Shown here: one piece after another, positions 35,300-50,085 of the stretch
Numbering within the stretch: position 1 is the first letter of the stretch
Layout of the letters: every line of letters starts with the position of its first letter
Assembly (NCBI GenBank): GCA_030141605.1
Contig: JAQGDQ010000886.1
Location: 1 to 64,000, forward strand
DNA: 64,000 nucleotides
Reading direction: 5' to 3'
DNA from: Tubiluchus corallicola
Taxonomy: Eukaryota > Animalia > Priapulida
The notes under the pieces: generated by a model
The model's input: only the letters and a program-made list of their open reading frames with translations
Databases searched by the model: none
What the model was told of the DNA's origin: nothing
Program-made: the position numbers and the translations under genes

Positions 35300-36150
35300 T
35301 TACAAATTATCTAAGACGAGGTGCATTGGGTACTACAACATCTCTTCAATGTCTATGTATATGATTTGACATCAAAATAAAATAAAATAAAATAAAGGGC
35401 CATCGGCTAGGCAAATTAACAATTTTTGCCTGTCTCTATCTTTGCAATATCTGTTTTACAGGAAATTATAGATTGATGTGTACGATATTTAGAAATTTAC
35501 AATATTCACTTTTATCCAAAAACATAAATTTATATTTTTTCGCCCAGGCATATTTCAGAATATTAGTCCAGGCGATGTTTTTCTATATGGCACTCCAGTT
35601 CCGGTGAGTACGTAGGAAAAGTACCTGGGACATGTTTTGCGCACTGACAGAATACCAATACTGACATTGAAAACCAGACAAGATTATTTTACATTCGTGT
35701 AAACCTGCTTATTAGAAAATTCTCCTGCTGCTCGTATAACGTGAGAGTTATATTTAAAAGTTATTGTGCAAATTATTATGGCTTTTCACCTTGGTACAAT
35801 TTCAGTAATGGTGTATTAAACAGATTAAGAGTGCTTATAATAATGGCATTTGTAAATTATTTTCGCTTAGGTCTGATTGCAGTGCATCTACGATATGCGT
35901 TTAACTTTGATCTTGAATTTCTTGAATTTGAGGAGAAAATGTTACTATAGTTTTAGGCAACGAGTTTTTAATGTCAAAAAAATAATTTTTTACACTTTAT
36001 TGTGAATTCAGATGGGTATTTTAGATCAATTTTTGAAATTGTGGAATACTGATTATCTTTGTGATAACCTTGTAAATTTTGAATTGTAACTTTTAAATGC
36101 TTTTAGTTTCTTTCTGCATATAGTAATTTGAGTATTTTAGTGTAGATTTT
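35300..36150 (+). mobile_element. Old LINE relic (RT C-terminal region) related to the 23.3-26 kb element
   Basis: KYLGHVL...DIENQTRLFYIRVNLLIRKFSCCS...IFKSYCANYYG parallels KYLGHIL...YGRANKLLMKFTHCS...LFNAYCTTFY; frameshifted. Confidence 0.7.
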
Positions 36151-37849
36151 AGTCAATGTGAATTTTAATTATATGCTTTTATGGCTTTTTATGGTAAAAT
36201 GCATAGTAAGCAGTCTATCAATCAATAAAACATGTGTAACCAAGTCTCTGATTATTGTTATTATAGTTTTGCTCAAAACTTCGTGTATATGGACTAGGTT
36301 TCGTTTGTGGTGGCAGCGCTTTCAGGTAACTATCACGTGACAGAAGCAGCTGAGCAGACACTGGCGGCTTCACAAACAACAGCACACCGTGTAATAGCAA
36401 GGCGGTATTCATGAAGCTGATATAGCGTGAACTGATGCTATCAAAACTTACTATGTTATAGTTATCACAATTACTTCATTAACTGTGCATGTCGATTAGC
36501 GCTAACCCGTGATAAATGTTTTGCTAGAGGAATTATTTAGGAAAAACATAACACAAGTAAGTATGCGAACATTTATTATACTTACATAGACTGGCCATCG
36601 TGGTAAATGACATCATGGTGAAGGATAATAGTAATATTAAGTGTACGCCTGCTGGTTAATGCCACTACGTTTGATGTAATATTCGTGCAAGTCAAACAAC
36701 AACCGTAACTTGTATGTGTAATGTCACGTTGAATCTTACGGACAGTAAAAAGTTGTACAGACTATCGGACATTATCAAACTTATCGCAATTTTAAGGATC
36801 ATTGTAATAATGTATTGATTGATCATCTCTAAAATGATACACGAAGCATTGTGTTATAAGCCGTGTAACCATGAACTGCACACAGGTGTGTATGACTAAA
36901 AGAAAACCTATTTTTACGAACAAACTGCTTAATTAAATAATCATGTCTGTATTTAAAGCGTTTGAATATGTATAACTTTTAGTGCTCAAATTGACTCTGT
37001 CGGCAGTATGTAGAAGCTTCTGTGTATCTAAATACCAGAAAAAAATCGTATCTCGGTCATTACATCTGTTTTTCATTAAAACATTGTTTTTTTAAAAAAT
37101 TAATTGTGTGGTGGAATGATAGTTAGACCAATGAAATTTAATTAAAATAATTATAATACATTCACTTAGCTTGTTTATGCTGGACAAATGTCATAATTAT
37201 TATTATAATTCTTGTGCTTCATTCCTTCCCTCACAAAGAAAATTTTTTCGAAACATCTGAAACATATCTTATAATCTCAAATCATTTGATATGAACAATA
37301 CCAATTGGCATAAATGACATGCTTTTGTGACTATAGTTTCAAAGGAAATCTCAGCAGCTGGTATTGTCGCTATTGTCGCTGCGGTTATACTGTTTTTTAA
37401 AAACAGTAAAGAAAGTTACCAGTCTTTTATGATTCATATTACTATATAGGATTGTTCCGTATTCCATGCTTTCCTGGGCACTTTACCGTCAATCACAAAC
37501 TTCTCACACGGTACCATACACAGCTTTCGCCGTCGGGTCGAGTCTTTTCGCCACTCTTGATTTTTAAGTTAGCTGGGTAGAGCAGAACAGGACAGAGCAG
37601 GGCAGGACATGACAGGGGAATATACAGTAGGGTAGGACGGGACGAGATGGGACGGGACGGGATGAGACAAGTAAAGACAAAATGGTAGTACTAGTAGTTT
37701 TTTATTGATTATTTTTACAACATTATTTTAACAATGGGGTAAGAGAGAATTAATCCACAGAGTATTAAAGTCCAAATAATATTACATAGAGTATTAAACT
37801 GGACAAAGTGCCAAAAGTAAAATGCGTAGAATTACCATTAAAACGAAAA

Positions 37850-39400
37850 CAATTTCACAAATTGTGAGTACAAGAAATTTAGAATGCATTGTATAATTAA
37901 CAGCAAAATCTAATTAACAATAAGGTTAAACGTTCCTGTAGATAAAAATAACGCGGTATAGTTTAACTGGTAAACAGGAACTTTTTGACAAGAACATGTC
38001 TTGTAAATTACTTGAAAGAGTGTTTTGTAATTACATTCAAGGTGAACTAAAATCTTCTGAAAGTTTTATTACAGAATTGGTGATGGCGATTCTAGTGACT
38101 CGCCAAGAACTATTGCCATCCAGTCGTCTTTTCTTTTTAACCTAACCGTCTAACGTTTTAACTACCTTTTTAGCCTTTATTATTGAACTGATTTGAATCT
38201 GCTGACTGGATGTAAACGTGGACCAGTGACGAATAATCTTGCTTCTCGATTAAACGATTGCAGAAGCTTCGGATCCCTTTATGTAAAACGCATGAGTAAA
38301 TTTGAACATTTTGAATCATGATTAGTTATTGATGAGATCATAATCAAAAGCTGAGTAATCAATCACACAGTATTTAACGCAAGCATCGGGCAACTGAAAT
38401 CAAACAATGATTACGTATTTATTATTAATAGGCCGCGACAGATTGCAAGGTTCCTTAGCAGACACATCAATGTTAAAAACAACAAACTTTTTTTCTTAAA
38501 ATTCAGAGATACAGAGTTACTATTACTGAAACGTGTTGTGTAGGCTGTATTAAAAAGACCGTAAACTACATTACTTTTAATAGCTGTAGAGAGATATTAG
38601 TTATAATTAAGTATGATGTCAACATTTCTTAATTCGAATTTATTGATAATTAATTGGATATGAATAAAAAACTGATGTTGATTGGTAGTGAAATAATGAC
38701 TCACATTAACAACCTAAAGCTGGTGTTGTACATGGTCTTTTTACAACAGTCTATAAAACATCTTCTATAGAATAACAATTATAACAGGGTTTGGGATAAG
38801 ACTGAGCAATTACTAAAATTGTCAAAATGAAAAAAGAAATCTTAGATCAAGATTTAGTGTTATTTCAACGGCCTGTTGATGACCTTATGCGTCAGTATTT
38901 CAATACGGAACTAATACAAGAGATGACTGTTATATTCTAATTAAATGTTGAACCTTATTTTTCCTGTAAAAAATGCAACAAAAAATGACGCAAAGATGCA
39001 GAAATTCGTTAGAATGATAAAGCTGTAAACGACGGCTCAGATTTATAAGTCAGTCCCTGTTTAGTGTTAAATTGTGCCTCAGGAATACACTTGCTTACAT
39101 AACATCTACTAGCCTTCCATAACCTCCTACTATTATGGTTTTCTCCGAGGAACAGGTGGCCATTAGCTCACTTTCCTCGCATTCACTAATGTAATTGTGA
39201 TTTCTTTATAAACTCAGCTTCCGTGGTTGAGCCTGTACTGGGCATTGCCAAGACGCTAGACCATCTGTACAACAAGTTATATGAAGAGTAATCCCCAGTA
39301 ATGAGATCAGACTAATGTACATACATATTAATAACAGTGTGGCATCTGGGGTCATACATTTTTAATGTAATTTACTCGCTCAGCAGTCCAGCTGGAACAA
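37850..39400 (-). mobile_element. Decayed LINE RT relic
   Basis: Minus-strand remnants LIP.P and IDYSAFD; many stops. Confidence 0.35.
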
Positions 39401-40075
39401 ACAAAATTGCGATGAACTCAGCGAATTTTCAGCAGCAAGAGCAGGAAACCTTTGCATCTTTAAAATTCGCAATCTGTTTACTACAATGAAAGAACACTTT
39501 TCCTTTTTCAGGTACATTTAGGACAAAGAACAGTAGGAAATGGTTCCAGTTTGAAAGGGAACCATTAAAAATATTTGATACTGTTAAGAGTTCAGTGTCA
39601 GCCATGAATGGACATTAACGCATGCAGCAACGCCCTTCGTGGTTAAACTTCAACCTTCAGTTATAAAATAATTTCTGTACTTTTCATGATCATTGTTATA
39701 TATTTTGTGCGTTAGGTAATGTCCCCTTAACTCAATTCTAAATTTCGTAGTAATGTGTGCTTTTGTTTTACAGGTGAATTTATTTGAAAGAAATTCCTGT
39801 TAGTGAGCAGTGAGAGTATTCGGGTTGCGACTTTTTGAAGAAAAATGAAGACTAAAAGTTCTCAAAAATTTTGCATTTTATTTGCTCATTCAAAGGAGTA
39901 ATTAACTTTGTACACTTCTTTATCCGTCGCAGAAATCAACAAATTTAAACCTAACAATGTAGACGCCACATAAAAAGCAGCACAAAGATAACAACGTTTT
40001 TTACACGAGAAAGGTGTTTTCAGTGTTTTGGTATATGATTGGGACGACAGAAACGTATCGTGTGCCTGCCTTGTC

Positions 40076-40190
40076 ATGTTTTTGAGTTGTAGAACAAGAA
40101 GGATATTGTGTAATTTATTGTTTTTAATAATTTTGGGTTTAATTAATTTAACAGCATCAGCGTCGCTTCGACGGGACACGCGATATAGAG
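40076..40190 (+). CDS. Secreted CCP/EGF/GCC/HYR mosaic protein (SVEP1/uninflatable-like modules), coding exon 1: signal peptide
   Basis: MFLSCRTRRILCNLLFLIILGLINLTASASLRRDTRYR; donor G|GTGAGT, phase 1. Confidence 0.75.
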
Positions 40191-41229
40191 GTGAGTTATA
40201 ATTACAAACAACTTTTTTAATTTGTAAACATGCAATTACCTTAATCGTCTACATAATATAATGTCATTACATACTCATAAACACACTGTCAGCCATTGAC
40301 AGTCAGCGGTCCAGAAAATAATAGCGCTGAGGTAAATAAGGATTACAAACCAACCAACAAACAAATAACCATCAGCAATCAAGCAAGTAAATAGAAAGTA
40401 ATTACAAGTAATAAGCAAACTGATGAAACAGAACGCTTTACTTAGAAACTAAATAAATTATGCAGTTCATTGAACGTGAATGATTTAAAATTGCTTTTAT
40501 ATAATGTAATTTCAGCATTCGCAAACAACCAAGATCATCGTGTATAATTTCGTTATTTTTCACACCCTGTAGGTACATGATGGGGTAGTGGTGCTGACCA
40601 GCCACTGGCATAGCACTGTCTAGTATTTTGCTGGTATTTGCTGTGTTTAGCCGTCTTGAAGGCAGATTTCTTTTATTTTAGAATTCTGCTTAACTAATGT
40701 GTACAACAGACGTAATGGACACCTGATAATAACATGACGATGTATCTAAAAATTGCAGCGATTTTCTTAGCGCCAACTAAACCAGCATGGATCGATCAAC
40801 CCCTTATGGCAGAAGTGATATAGTTATTGATTTTACAATCATTTTTCCGCTGTGCTTAGATAAATTACTGTATCTCGTAGGCTTTCTATTGACAAAAACA
40901 TATGGGCAAACAGTTACCTTTGTTATTTCTCTGAGACAATTTTCGGTTTTGATGATTTAATTTCATATAGCAAAGTTTGTTATGGTTACCATCGCGTGGC
41001 ACTGCACTGAATTTGTGCTTTTGTTCAGTGGGTTTACTCCAACTTGCTCAGCGAGTTTTGCTATCATTGATGTTGACTCAGTGTTGTTTAGTTTAATATG
41101 TTTTTATAACTATGATATTGAACAGGTGTTTGCTTACACAAAGAACACACGGTTGCTGTTAAATACGAAAGTTGCTGCGCGACCAAAAGACAAAAGAAAA
41201 CGTTGTTGAATTTTGAACTGAAGCCATGT

Positions 41230-41625
41230 GTTGGGAGCTAGTAGATTTTTATGGTGGGGTGCAACTCTCTACCTCCCGACTCATCCACAAATCTGACTAA
41301 CTTGTTGGGTCATCTTTTATGCACAATAAAAGGGTTGTGCAACATACGTGGGCGGTTGTTATCCTGCAATTTCCAGAGGACAACAAGACATATGAACCAG
41401 AAAAGCAACGTCACAGGTTTTAATTAATCTGCCTTCTGGAAGAAGTTGCAGTGTCGAAGGGCTCACTTGTGCTGTATATACCCATGAAGAAGGAGGTAAA
41501 GAGTTAGAATAAGGTATAGAGCTGGAATTAATACACCAAATGAAACACCATTGAGCAAGTATTGAGCCCGCGACGTTGCGTAACTCAATTGCGAACCATC
41601 CGCCGTGACCTCTCACTGCTGCTCT
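41230..41625 (-). mobile_element. Possible tRNA-derived SINE
   Basis: Minus strand ggcggatggtt...cgcgggctcaatac resembles Pol III A and B boxes at tRNA-like spacing. Confidence 0.35.
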
Positions 41626-42567
41626 AAGATGTTACACGACCTTTTTTGCTTTTTCATGTTCTGTTGATCATCCTAATTTAATCTAATACTACGTTACCTA
41701 ATAGTTGCTTTATTTGTGCTTGGAAATTATTTGTCGATCAGCAGCTGCTATACAAGGGCCACAACCATAATTCACTTTCATTAATTAGGGATCTATAATC
41801 ACTTGAGTTATTAACATGGTTGTAAATTTCACCCTTATTATGGCTGTCAAGGCTTTTAGTTTCGGCAATAAAGACATTTTAACTGCCCGTTTTCTTTATG
41901 ACCTGATTACCCTAGGCTGCGATTCTGGGTGGGGAGGGGAGAGGGGTATTTGCGTGATTTTTTTTACTAATACGGGTTAAGGACTGTCTGTGGTTGTTGT
42001 TCGCGACCTTGCTAATAGTCTGTTGAATAAGAGTCTCCTTAATTAATGCGGTTAGCTAATTCAGGTTGAAGTCTTTGAAACCGAAACTAAAAGTTTTTCT
42101 CTTACCGGACATTTCTAGTCTTAAAGGGTCGGCGAGTCCCAGCCACAATCCAGCCCCACCCATTCATATTATCACAGTCACAAGATTATTTTGATTTCTA
42201 AAGTATACTGCACCATTGTGTCTTTGTTTGTAGGTAAAATCTGGGACAGGCGGAACATCCAAAATAGTTTCCCCTGTGCGTATTGCATCATTGGTGTTCT
42301 TATTTCTCATTAGGCTTCGATTCCACGCCTAATAAGAAATCTGTTCAGTATCACAAAGAAGAGATATTTTCGAAAACTGAATTTTCTGATATAATCCCAA
42401 ATTGAGATATTTTTACAACCAACCTTATAACTTCGTATTCTAGAAGGCCTACTATACAAAATATGCACCTACAAGAAAATCATTGCGGAAAGTCATATTA
42501 TTCTTATTTGGTGTATTTTTACCTTGGAATTCGCTCATAATGGTTAATTGCTGTGTTATTTTTACAG

Positions 42568-42750
42568 GGAGAAGAGCTTACTACCGATCACTGTGCCCAG
42601 ATATTCCACCTATAGTAAATGGACGACGATGGTTGGAATCTGGGGGAGCAAAGGCAAGATTTAGCTGTGATGAAGGTTTCATGCTGAAGGGTAACGCAGT
42701 GACATACTGTAGAAGAGGAACGTGGACCCATCCCCCTGCCTTGTGCATAA
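42568..42750 (+). CDS. Mosaic protein exon 2: CCP/sushi 1
   Basis: CPDIPPIVNG...FSCDEGFMLKG...CRRGTW..PPALC; phase 1-1. Confidence 0.92.
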
Positions 42751-45700
42751 GTAAGCATTTCATAACGCCTGCACTTATCCATTGTAATATACCTAATGCA
42801 CTGCAATCAATTCTTTTTTGAAACATTATATTTGCGCTGATTATATTTTATAATACAGGAGACACTTTGTTGGATTTTCTGCAAAATACTTGCAGTTCAA
42901 CGTTAAAAAAATTCTACACTTCTGATTGGCTAAATGCAACGTATAATTTTGCTTAGGCCTGTAAGAGTGATAGGAAACTTTTATAATTGCAAGGTTGATC
43001 TAAAAAATCATGGTATAGCAGCTCGAATTGCTTTTGATTAGTTAATTATTACTTATTTCGGTTAAGTGTGCCTGGTGCCGCTGGTTGAGTGTGCCTAATA
43101 GGTTTAAATGCTGGGTAAGAGAATCTCTGGCACGCCTGGCATCTAAATGTATGGGTTACTAGTAACAGTTATTCGGGTACGACATTGGCTAAAATCCGTC
43201 ATTGTTACTGTCCTGAAGCAGCTTGTCTGCCGTACAAGTGTAAGGCCTAGCTAAATTGCTGCAGTTAAAACGTAAGTTGAAATATTTTTGCTCTCTGTAC
43301 GCAGCGTTTAATTGAAGTGCGAACACTTGATGAAAACTTCATAGACTTCCTCTTCGTAGTGTACAAGTTTTTTTACTACGTTTGCAGTCCAATAAGGAAT
43401 ATTACACGGCGCTGTAAAATTTGTATTCATAAATTGAACGAACCTGCCAAAGCATTCGCTGGGCCTTTTGCTCTATCTCAGTTCAGTTGGCGTTCCTGTC
43501 GAATCACAGAAAGATATGTCTTTAATGTACAATTCTCCTTGTTTGAAAGAAACACACATTCTCATTTTCCTTCCTTAACTATATATATACTTTAAGTAAT
43601 TGATTAGAGTTGAATACATATGGCTAGTATTACATCTTTTGCTAAGCAACGTTTGATTACATGCACAACCAATATCAAAGTTAAGTGTTTTTATTGACCA
43701 TCTTACATTATTAGCTCACTTTTTACCATTCAAAGGGAAAAATGATTGGGTGTCATTGAACACAGATTCTTCCCTCTTAATTACCAACCCATCATCTAAC
43801 AGACGCACATTGGCAGTCGGCTCGTAACAACATTATACCTTGCATGCATCATTTATTAGCTCAGGTTCATCAATCTTCATCTAATGATGCTATGTAGCTC
43901 AGCATCATAATTTCTGCCTAGTCAACTTGTTTAAGTTAAATTCGTTCGGAAGATGATTCATGTACGAGAACGTTCTTCATTTGATTATTTGATTTTGCGC
44001 TTCATATTTTAAAACCAAGAAATCAACCAAAAAATGTCAATTGCTTTTTCAAGTAGGTCGAATAGCAACCAAAAATTCGCATTGTATAAAACTCGCCCTC
44101 GGAAATTGCGAGAGCTTGACACACAAAGCGTGCCAAAATGAAAATGTAAAACACTAATGCCACGATAAAGCCAGGCTGCTCTACTACATTAAACAGATGG
44201 GTGGTATCCATTTTGAGTGCCAAGCCTCGGCTTTATTTTAATTATGAAACCTGCAGATAACTTTTGTACCGTGAAGCGACGCCATCCTTCTGTAAAATTA
44301 ATTCATTTGAAAACTAATAATTTTTGAGCTATAGTGGTTGCACAGGAATAGTAGAAGCAAAAATTTGATAACATTTTACAAGCAGTTTCCCGAACGATGT
44401 AGGGTATTAGACTCTAGACGGCTATTTTCATTAGTTAAATTACTATCATTTATTACTAGTAATAAATGGCGCAACGCTGAACTGAATTTAAAGTGCATCT
44501 AAAGTTGTACTATGTACTTGCTAGTATATTATCAACAGCAAGACATGAATGAATGACAATATTAGCCCTGCATCTCTTGTTTGCCCAGGGAGACTTTTGA
44601 TAGTGTGTTATATGACAAACTAAAGCACGCGAATTTTCTGGCTCTGGAACAGCATTAATTCTGAAGGATTTACAGCAAAAACGGTGAATGGCAGGGGAGT
44701 ACATTGTCACAACTCGTTCTTAATGTCAACAGTGCGTTATGAATTATCAGTAAAATTACAAAAAATAGACAGGTCATTGCATAGCAGAATGCCTAATCAA
44801 TCATGTTATGTGATATTATGCAGATGACATCATTTTATTACTTTATACTATTCGTGTTTCTGAACTGTTGTGATAATTTTGCAAAAAGTCATAAGTACCG
44901 CGGTAAATATAAATGCGTGAAACTTTTTGACGTAGTTTCAATCTTGTTTTTTTTCATAGACATGCAAACATTGCCGATTGGTTCCCAAGAAAAGTATTAA
45001 GGTCATTTCATGAGTTGTAGTTGGTCTGTTACAACATATTAAAACGGCGCGTCATACTTGTACGCCCAAGACGTTAACTAAAATAGTTCATTGCTTTTAA
45101 TAGGTTATAGTGCAACAAGAGAAGAAATTGCTAACGTGGAAGCAATGAGAGGTAAATCTTATGCAAACATTTTCTTTCTCGTTTCTTCGTTTCTTGCTTG
45201 TTTAGTTTTGTCTTTCCATCCCTTTACTGCATTTGATTTCCTGTCATTTTTGCCTCGCCTTCCTTCCCTGCTTCTTTTACTACTTTTCTTCCTTTTCTTC
45301 GTTCTGTGTTTTCTTTATATTCTTTTCCCCCTCTCTGTATCCTCCTCTTTAGTTGTAAGCAGCGTTTAAAAGTGGCGCTTTTTCATCAATTTGCTTTGCT
45401 ATAATAGGTCGTCAGGGTCATTTAAATAGAGTCTGTGTATTATATTAGTGTATTATATTAGTGATCTTAAGGCTGGTCGGATTGCCTATGCTTTTTTTTG
45501 TTGAAAACTCAAATTTTTCCTATGCGCAAATTCCTATTCCAACCGAATTTTTCAAATGTAACAGAGACCACAACATCCTACGAGACGGACCTATTACATT
45601 GCACTGCAGTATTAATTTTTATATTGCATACTTAGTACTGTTATGAAATTTACTCAGATCAATATTAATGCTGTGCTGGGATTATTTTAGTGTGTTGTAT

Positions 45701-46225
45701 AGTTGATGGTTTACTGATGGCTCCCAAAAGAATCACAATATAAGTTGATTAAAAATATCACACTTGCTGTGCTTTTACTGCTGTCAGCATAATGGTACTC
45801 TGTTAGCAAATTGCGTGTAGCATTTTGTTTCACAGCTTTCCGTTTTTCTTGAACGAAAGCCATCTACAATAACAAATCTAAAAAAAGTCTGAAAAATATT
45901 AACAAACAGTATACCTAAACATCGCCAATGATCTCTAAAATATAGTCTATTCAAAGGACGAAAAATTAGAATACCCGCAGTGGAAGTCATCGTCAAGTGT
46001 TATAACCATGTAGAACTTTTAAAACACATTATATTTTTAAAATATCTGAATTAAATCCCCGATAATGACTCCTGGTATAAGGGTCGAAGTATAAGGTTCT
46101 TTGACTATACTATATTTTCCATATCATTGCGCCATTCACATATACTGCTTGTTGCTACTCACTTCTTGTGCGCAGTTAACGGTGTTATAAACGAGTATCG
46201 TTTTTTTTCATCAACCATGCTTTAG

Positions 46226-46519
46226 AACCTCAACAACCTCAGTGGATAGGTCCATATCAGAAGACAGTGAGATCGAATTCTCCTTACAAACAACAGCACT
46301 GGATGAATGAATCTGACACAACCTGTCTGAAAGGAGGTTCTCAAACCAGCCGACCGCCAGCCATAGAAGACGGTTTCTACCAGTACAGTCTGAATGCTAA
46401 ACAAGCTCAGCTCTGGGTGACATATAAATGCAATGAAGGTTACATTCTGTCAGGGAATGATACACTCTTCTGTCGAAATTTTAACTGGATTGGACATCGT
46501 CCAAGGTGCACTTTACCAG
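46226..46519 (+). CDS. Mosaic protein exon 3: linker + CCP/sushi 2
   Basis: PPAIEDG...YKCNEGYILSG...C...WIGHRPRC; phase 1-1. Confidence 0.9.
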
Positions 46520-49500
46520 GTAATATTAGCGTATGAATCCTGCTTAAATATGTCTTAAAATCATTCGTTCGTTTATTTTTTGTTCCTTTGTTCGTTCATT
46601 CATTTTTTCGTTTGTCCGTTTGCTCCTTTGTTTGCTTGTTTTTTGTCTTTTCCTTTGCTTGTTTGTTCGTTCGCTTCGGTTCATGTGTCTTATTCTTCTG
46701 AGACAAAATGAGTTTTCCGCATTGAGTCCCTGCCTCTATTTCTAGACATCAGCACAGGCATACAGACTAGATTTTCAAAAGGACAGTTTCGCATTGTGAA
46801 AACTCGTCTGTACCTAATCTGCATCAGAGGGGGGCATCGCCGTGAGTCAATTCAATGGCTGCCTGGCTAAATTAATTCTTCGCTTTCCTTTTCTTGTCTC
46901 ATGATTTCCTTTTCCTATTCACAGCGCAAGAAGATTGTAGCTTTGGGTAAATAGACTACTCTGGCTTCTTTTGTTACTACAGCTCTGCAGTGCACTTTAG
47001 CGTTCATTATCGTGTGCTACTTTAGAAAAATAATGATGGTTATTTCAATGCACACCTTAATGCCTTTGATTATCGGGGTCGCTATGCAGTCAGTAGAAAT
47101 TACCTGCAAAACGGTGATACAAGAATAGGACCAAGAGGCCAGCTAATCGCATATTAATATATTAAAACGATGAAATATTCGGTACAGTGTTGAAAGAATA
47201 CAATTGCAGCATTTTATGTGCCTTTGGGTACAAGGCACTCAAAAAACTGACCTACTTATTATGTTGGCGGTAGGATCAGAATCTACCTCATTGTCACCAA
47301 TAATTCCTTGAGATGAGTTTCGAAATCGGCAAAAAAACATTAGCCACGTTCAGACTCGTATACATTCTCCCTCAATAAAACAATATAGAATTCACAGTAC
47401 AAAGACCCCACATGCTATTTTCCAGACATCTATCCCCCCCCCATTTATTTGCCACGCTAATAAAAAACAATAATTTTGTCACTCGTCATTTAATAATTGT
47501 TTATTGAGTTTATCCGTGACACAGATTGGTTCATACAAAAACTGCCGTGTGACGACAAATTTTGTCTGAGACAGTCTATGCTGTACAATTGCTTGCAGAC
47601 AGTTTTTTATCTTCAGCAACTAGTATAAGCACACACACTGTAACCACTCAGCTTTTTGTACGGAAGTAATAGAGTTAATTTAGTGACCCTCAGTGAAGAA
47701 AACGAACTACGAGTCAATAAAACTAGATAACCTTGTTTATTGATCACTGCCACGTTTCTCGGTAATGGTATTAAAGTAAAATTTATGGCGTTGCCTGGTA
47801 CCTTATGCGTACTCGTGGGCTTTGAGTAGTGTTATCGAAACTTTTGCAGAGTCATTGAATAATAGTGGAGATCAATGGAAAAACAAGAAAATAAATGTTG
47901 GACCTTTGGATTTTCACGCGAAGTTAATCCTACTAGTAATTAAACACGAGGCTGAGTTTTGGGATCATGGTTAATCAAAAAAGCATTTACTTCATAAAAG
48001 CACTCCAAGCCTTTACTAAGTTTGCACTATTAATGTCATACTATCGCCTGCTAACGTGACTTAGGTTACACCGTTTTTAAAACTTTAAAAATGTTTTTAC
48101 TTTTTTAATCAAGATATTAAAAAGAAAACAGTTACACGACAAATGAGTAACTAGTAAGAAAACAAATACTTTTGTGATTATATAAGTTTTGCTGCTTGCA
48201 ATAGAATTTTCATACTACTTGGACGTTAGCGCAACATAAGGCAAATACACCTTTCAACTACACCTAAAACGTGTTTGGTGTCTCAGACTCTAGGTTTCTC
48301 ATTGCCTACACAATCTGTGTCTGCAAATCTACTACGGTGCCACAGTATCCGCAACAACAAGAACTAACAGCATCAGCATTCGTAACGAGAAATGTCAATA
48401 CTGCGCGTCCGTTTAAGTAGTATATTAGTATATTGCGAGCAAGAAAACGTATATGATCATAAAAATATTCGTTTTCTTACTTACCACATTATCATTTTAG
48501 TGCACACGTAAATGTTCAGTCGCCGCATGTGTCGTGATTGTAACAGTAGCTCTTTTCTGTTAGCAATGATAAAAAGTAAATACATTAACTTAAACGGTGC
48601 AACTTAAATGCCAACGAAGTCACTACAAAGTCGGTATCGTGCTTTACAACAGCTCCGGAGACAAAACTTGATAATACTGCTAGCTACTAGGTCTCTCTGC
48701 GTCTCATCAGCTTTTGTCAACTCTCCAAAAACCGTGGATTATATACGGAAGAAAGTTTATTGCCGTGCAAGAAATCCCTAATGAATTGACGCACGAGTAC
48801 TGTTGTAGTCGTAAGCTTAAGTTAAAAGCATTCGAATAAGACAGTAAAATGTGAATGAATCTCAAGTGTTTCTGAGAGCTCCTTTTGGGCATATACATTA
48901 CCAGATGTAAATTTTTATTTAACCCAGCGCCCTAATTAGGAGCGACTAAAAGAACAAATCAAAATTAACCTATTTATTCCTATACTCCAAGATGATTCGT
49001 GTTAGCCTGTTAAAACTAACTGTTTTTCACTTCGGTTCAAAAATTCATTATAAATTTAGCAAACTTTATTAATATCCAAACCAGTTTTGAATGGCGTCTG
49101 GAATTTGTTTGTTACCTTTAATGTAAAAAAGTCAAGGTCAGAAAGGCACACCTTGGATGCCACATCTCATGCCCCAATCCATCAATCTAACATGCTCCAT
49201 CACTAATGCTAATCACTAATGATACCAATATCAAAAATACGCTCACTTAGCAGTAGTGTTTCTTTAATGTGAATAGGCATACTTTCGTAGGCACATCTCC
49301 GAAAACATTTCGCATCGCAGCTGACAAATGTCCTTGTCTTTTTTGCTGATTCACATTGAGATACTTGTACATGCATTTCTTGGTTCCGATAAATCATAGA
49401 GCGTAACCACACTTTCAGCTTTAAAAAACTATTTGGGATGTTAAAGAAAGAAGCTAGTTTCAAAAGTTTCAGTGGCTTTGTAAATACCTAGAAGTTGGGT

Positions 49501-49956
49501 AAGACTGACGACAAAAGTGGTTGTCAGTATTGAACGACCATATTGCACTTGCAGTTTTGAGTGTCAAGAATCGCTAAAGTTTAAGCATTCTTGAATGATT
49601 TACATGCTTTTTCTTCATTTTAAATCTGTATCTTTAAAATTTTGTTTAGAATCCAAACTTGAATTGAAAGAAATGTAAATATTCTATATAAAGCTGTTTA
49701 TTATATAGTTTTTTAAATAACTGCTGCGTGTAGAATTAGTTACACGCACTTCTTTTGCTGTGTTTGCGCACGCAGTAATTTTCCATGCCTTTCTCCCTAG
49801 GCACATGCTATCTTGGCAAAATACACATTAATTAGCTTAGAGTGCATTTCAATTTTTTACTGATTGTAAATGCAGCCTCGTGGGTCAACGCTTACGAGGA
49901 AGATGATTTTAGTAAAATACTGAATAAACTGTGCCGTTCTGTTAATTGTCTTTCAG

Positions 49957-50085
49957 ATCCCTGCTCAATCAATAATGGAGGCTGCGAGCATTTGTGCACA
50001 AGTAGTCAAAATGGTGTCACCAATCAAGCCATGTGCACGTGCAGGACGGGTTACGTGCTAGCAAGCGATGGCAAAAGATGCGAAG
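49957..50085 (+). CDS. Mosaic protein exon 4: EGF
   Basis: DPCSINNGGCEHLC...CTCRTGYVLASDGKRC; phase 1-1. Confidence 0.92.
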
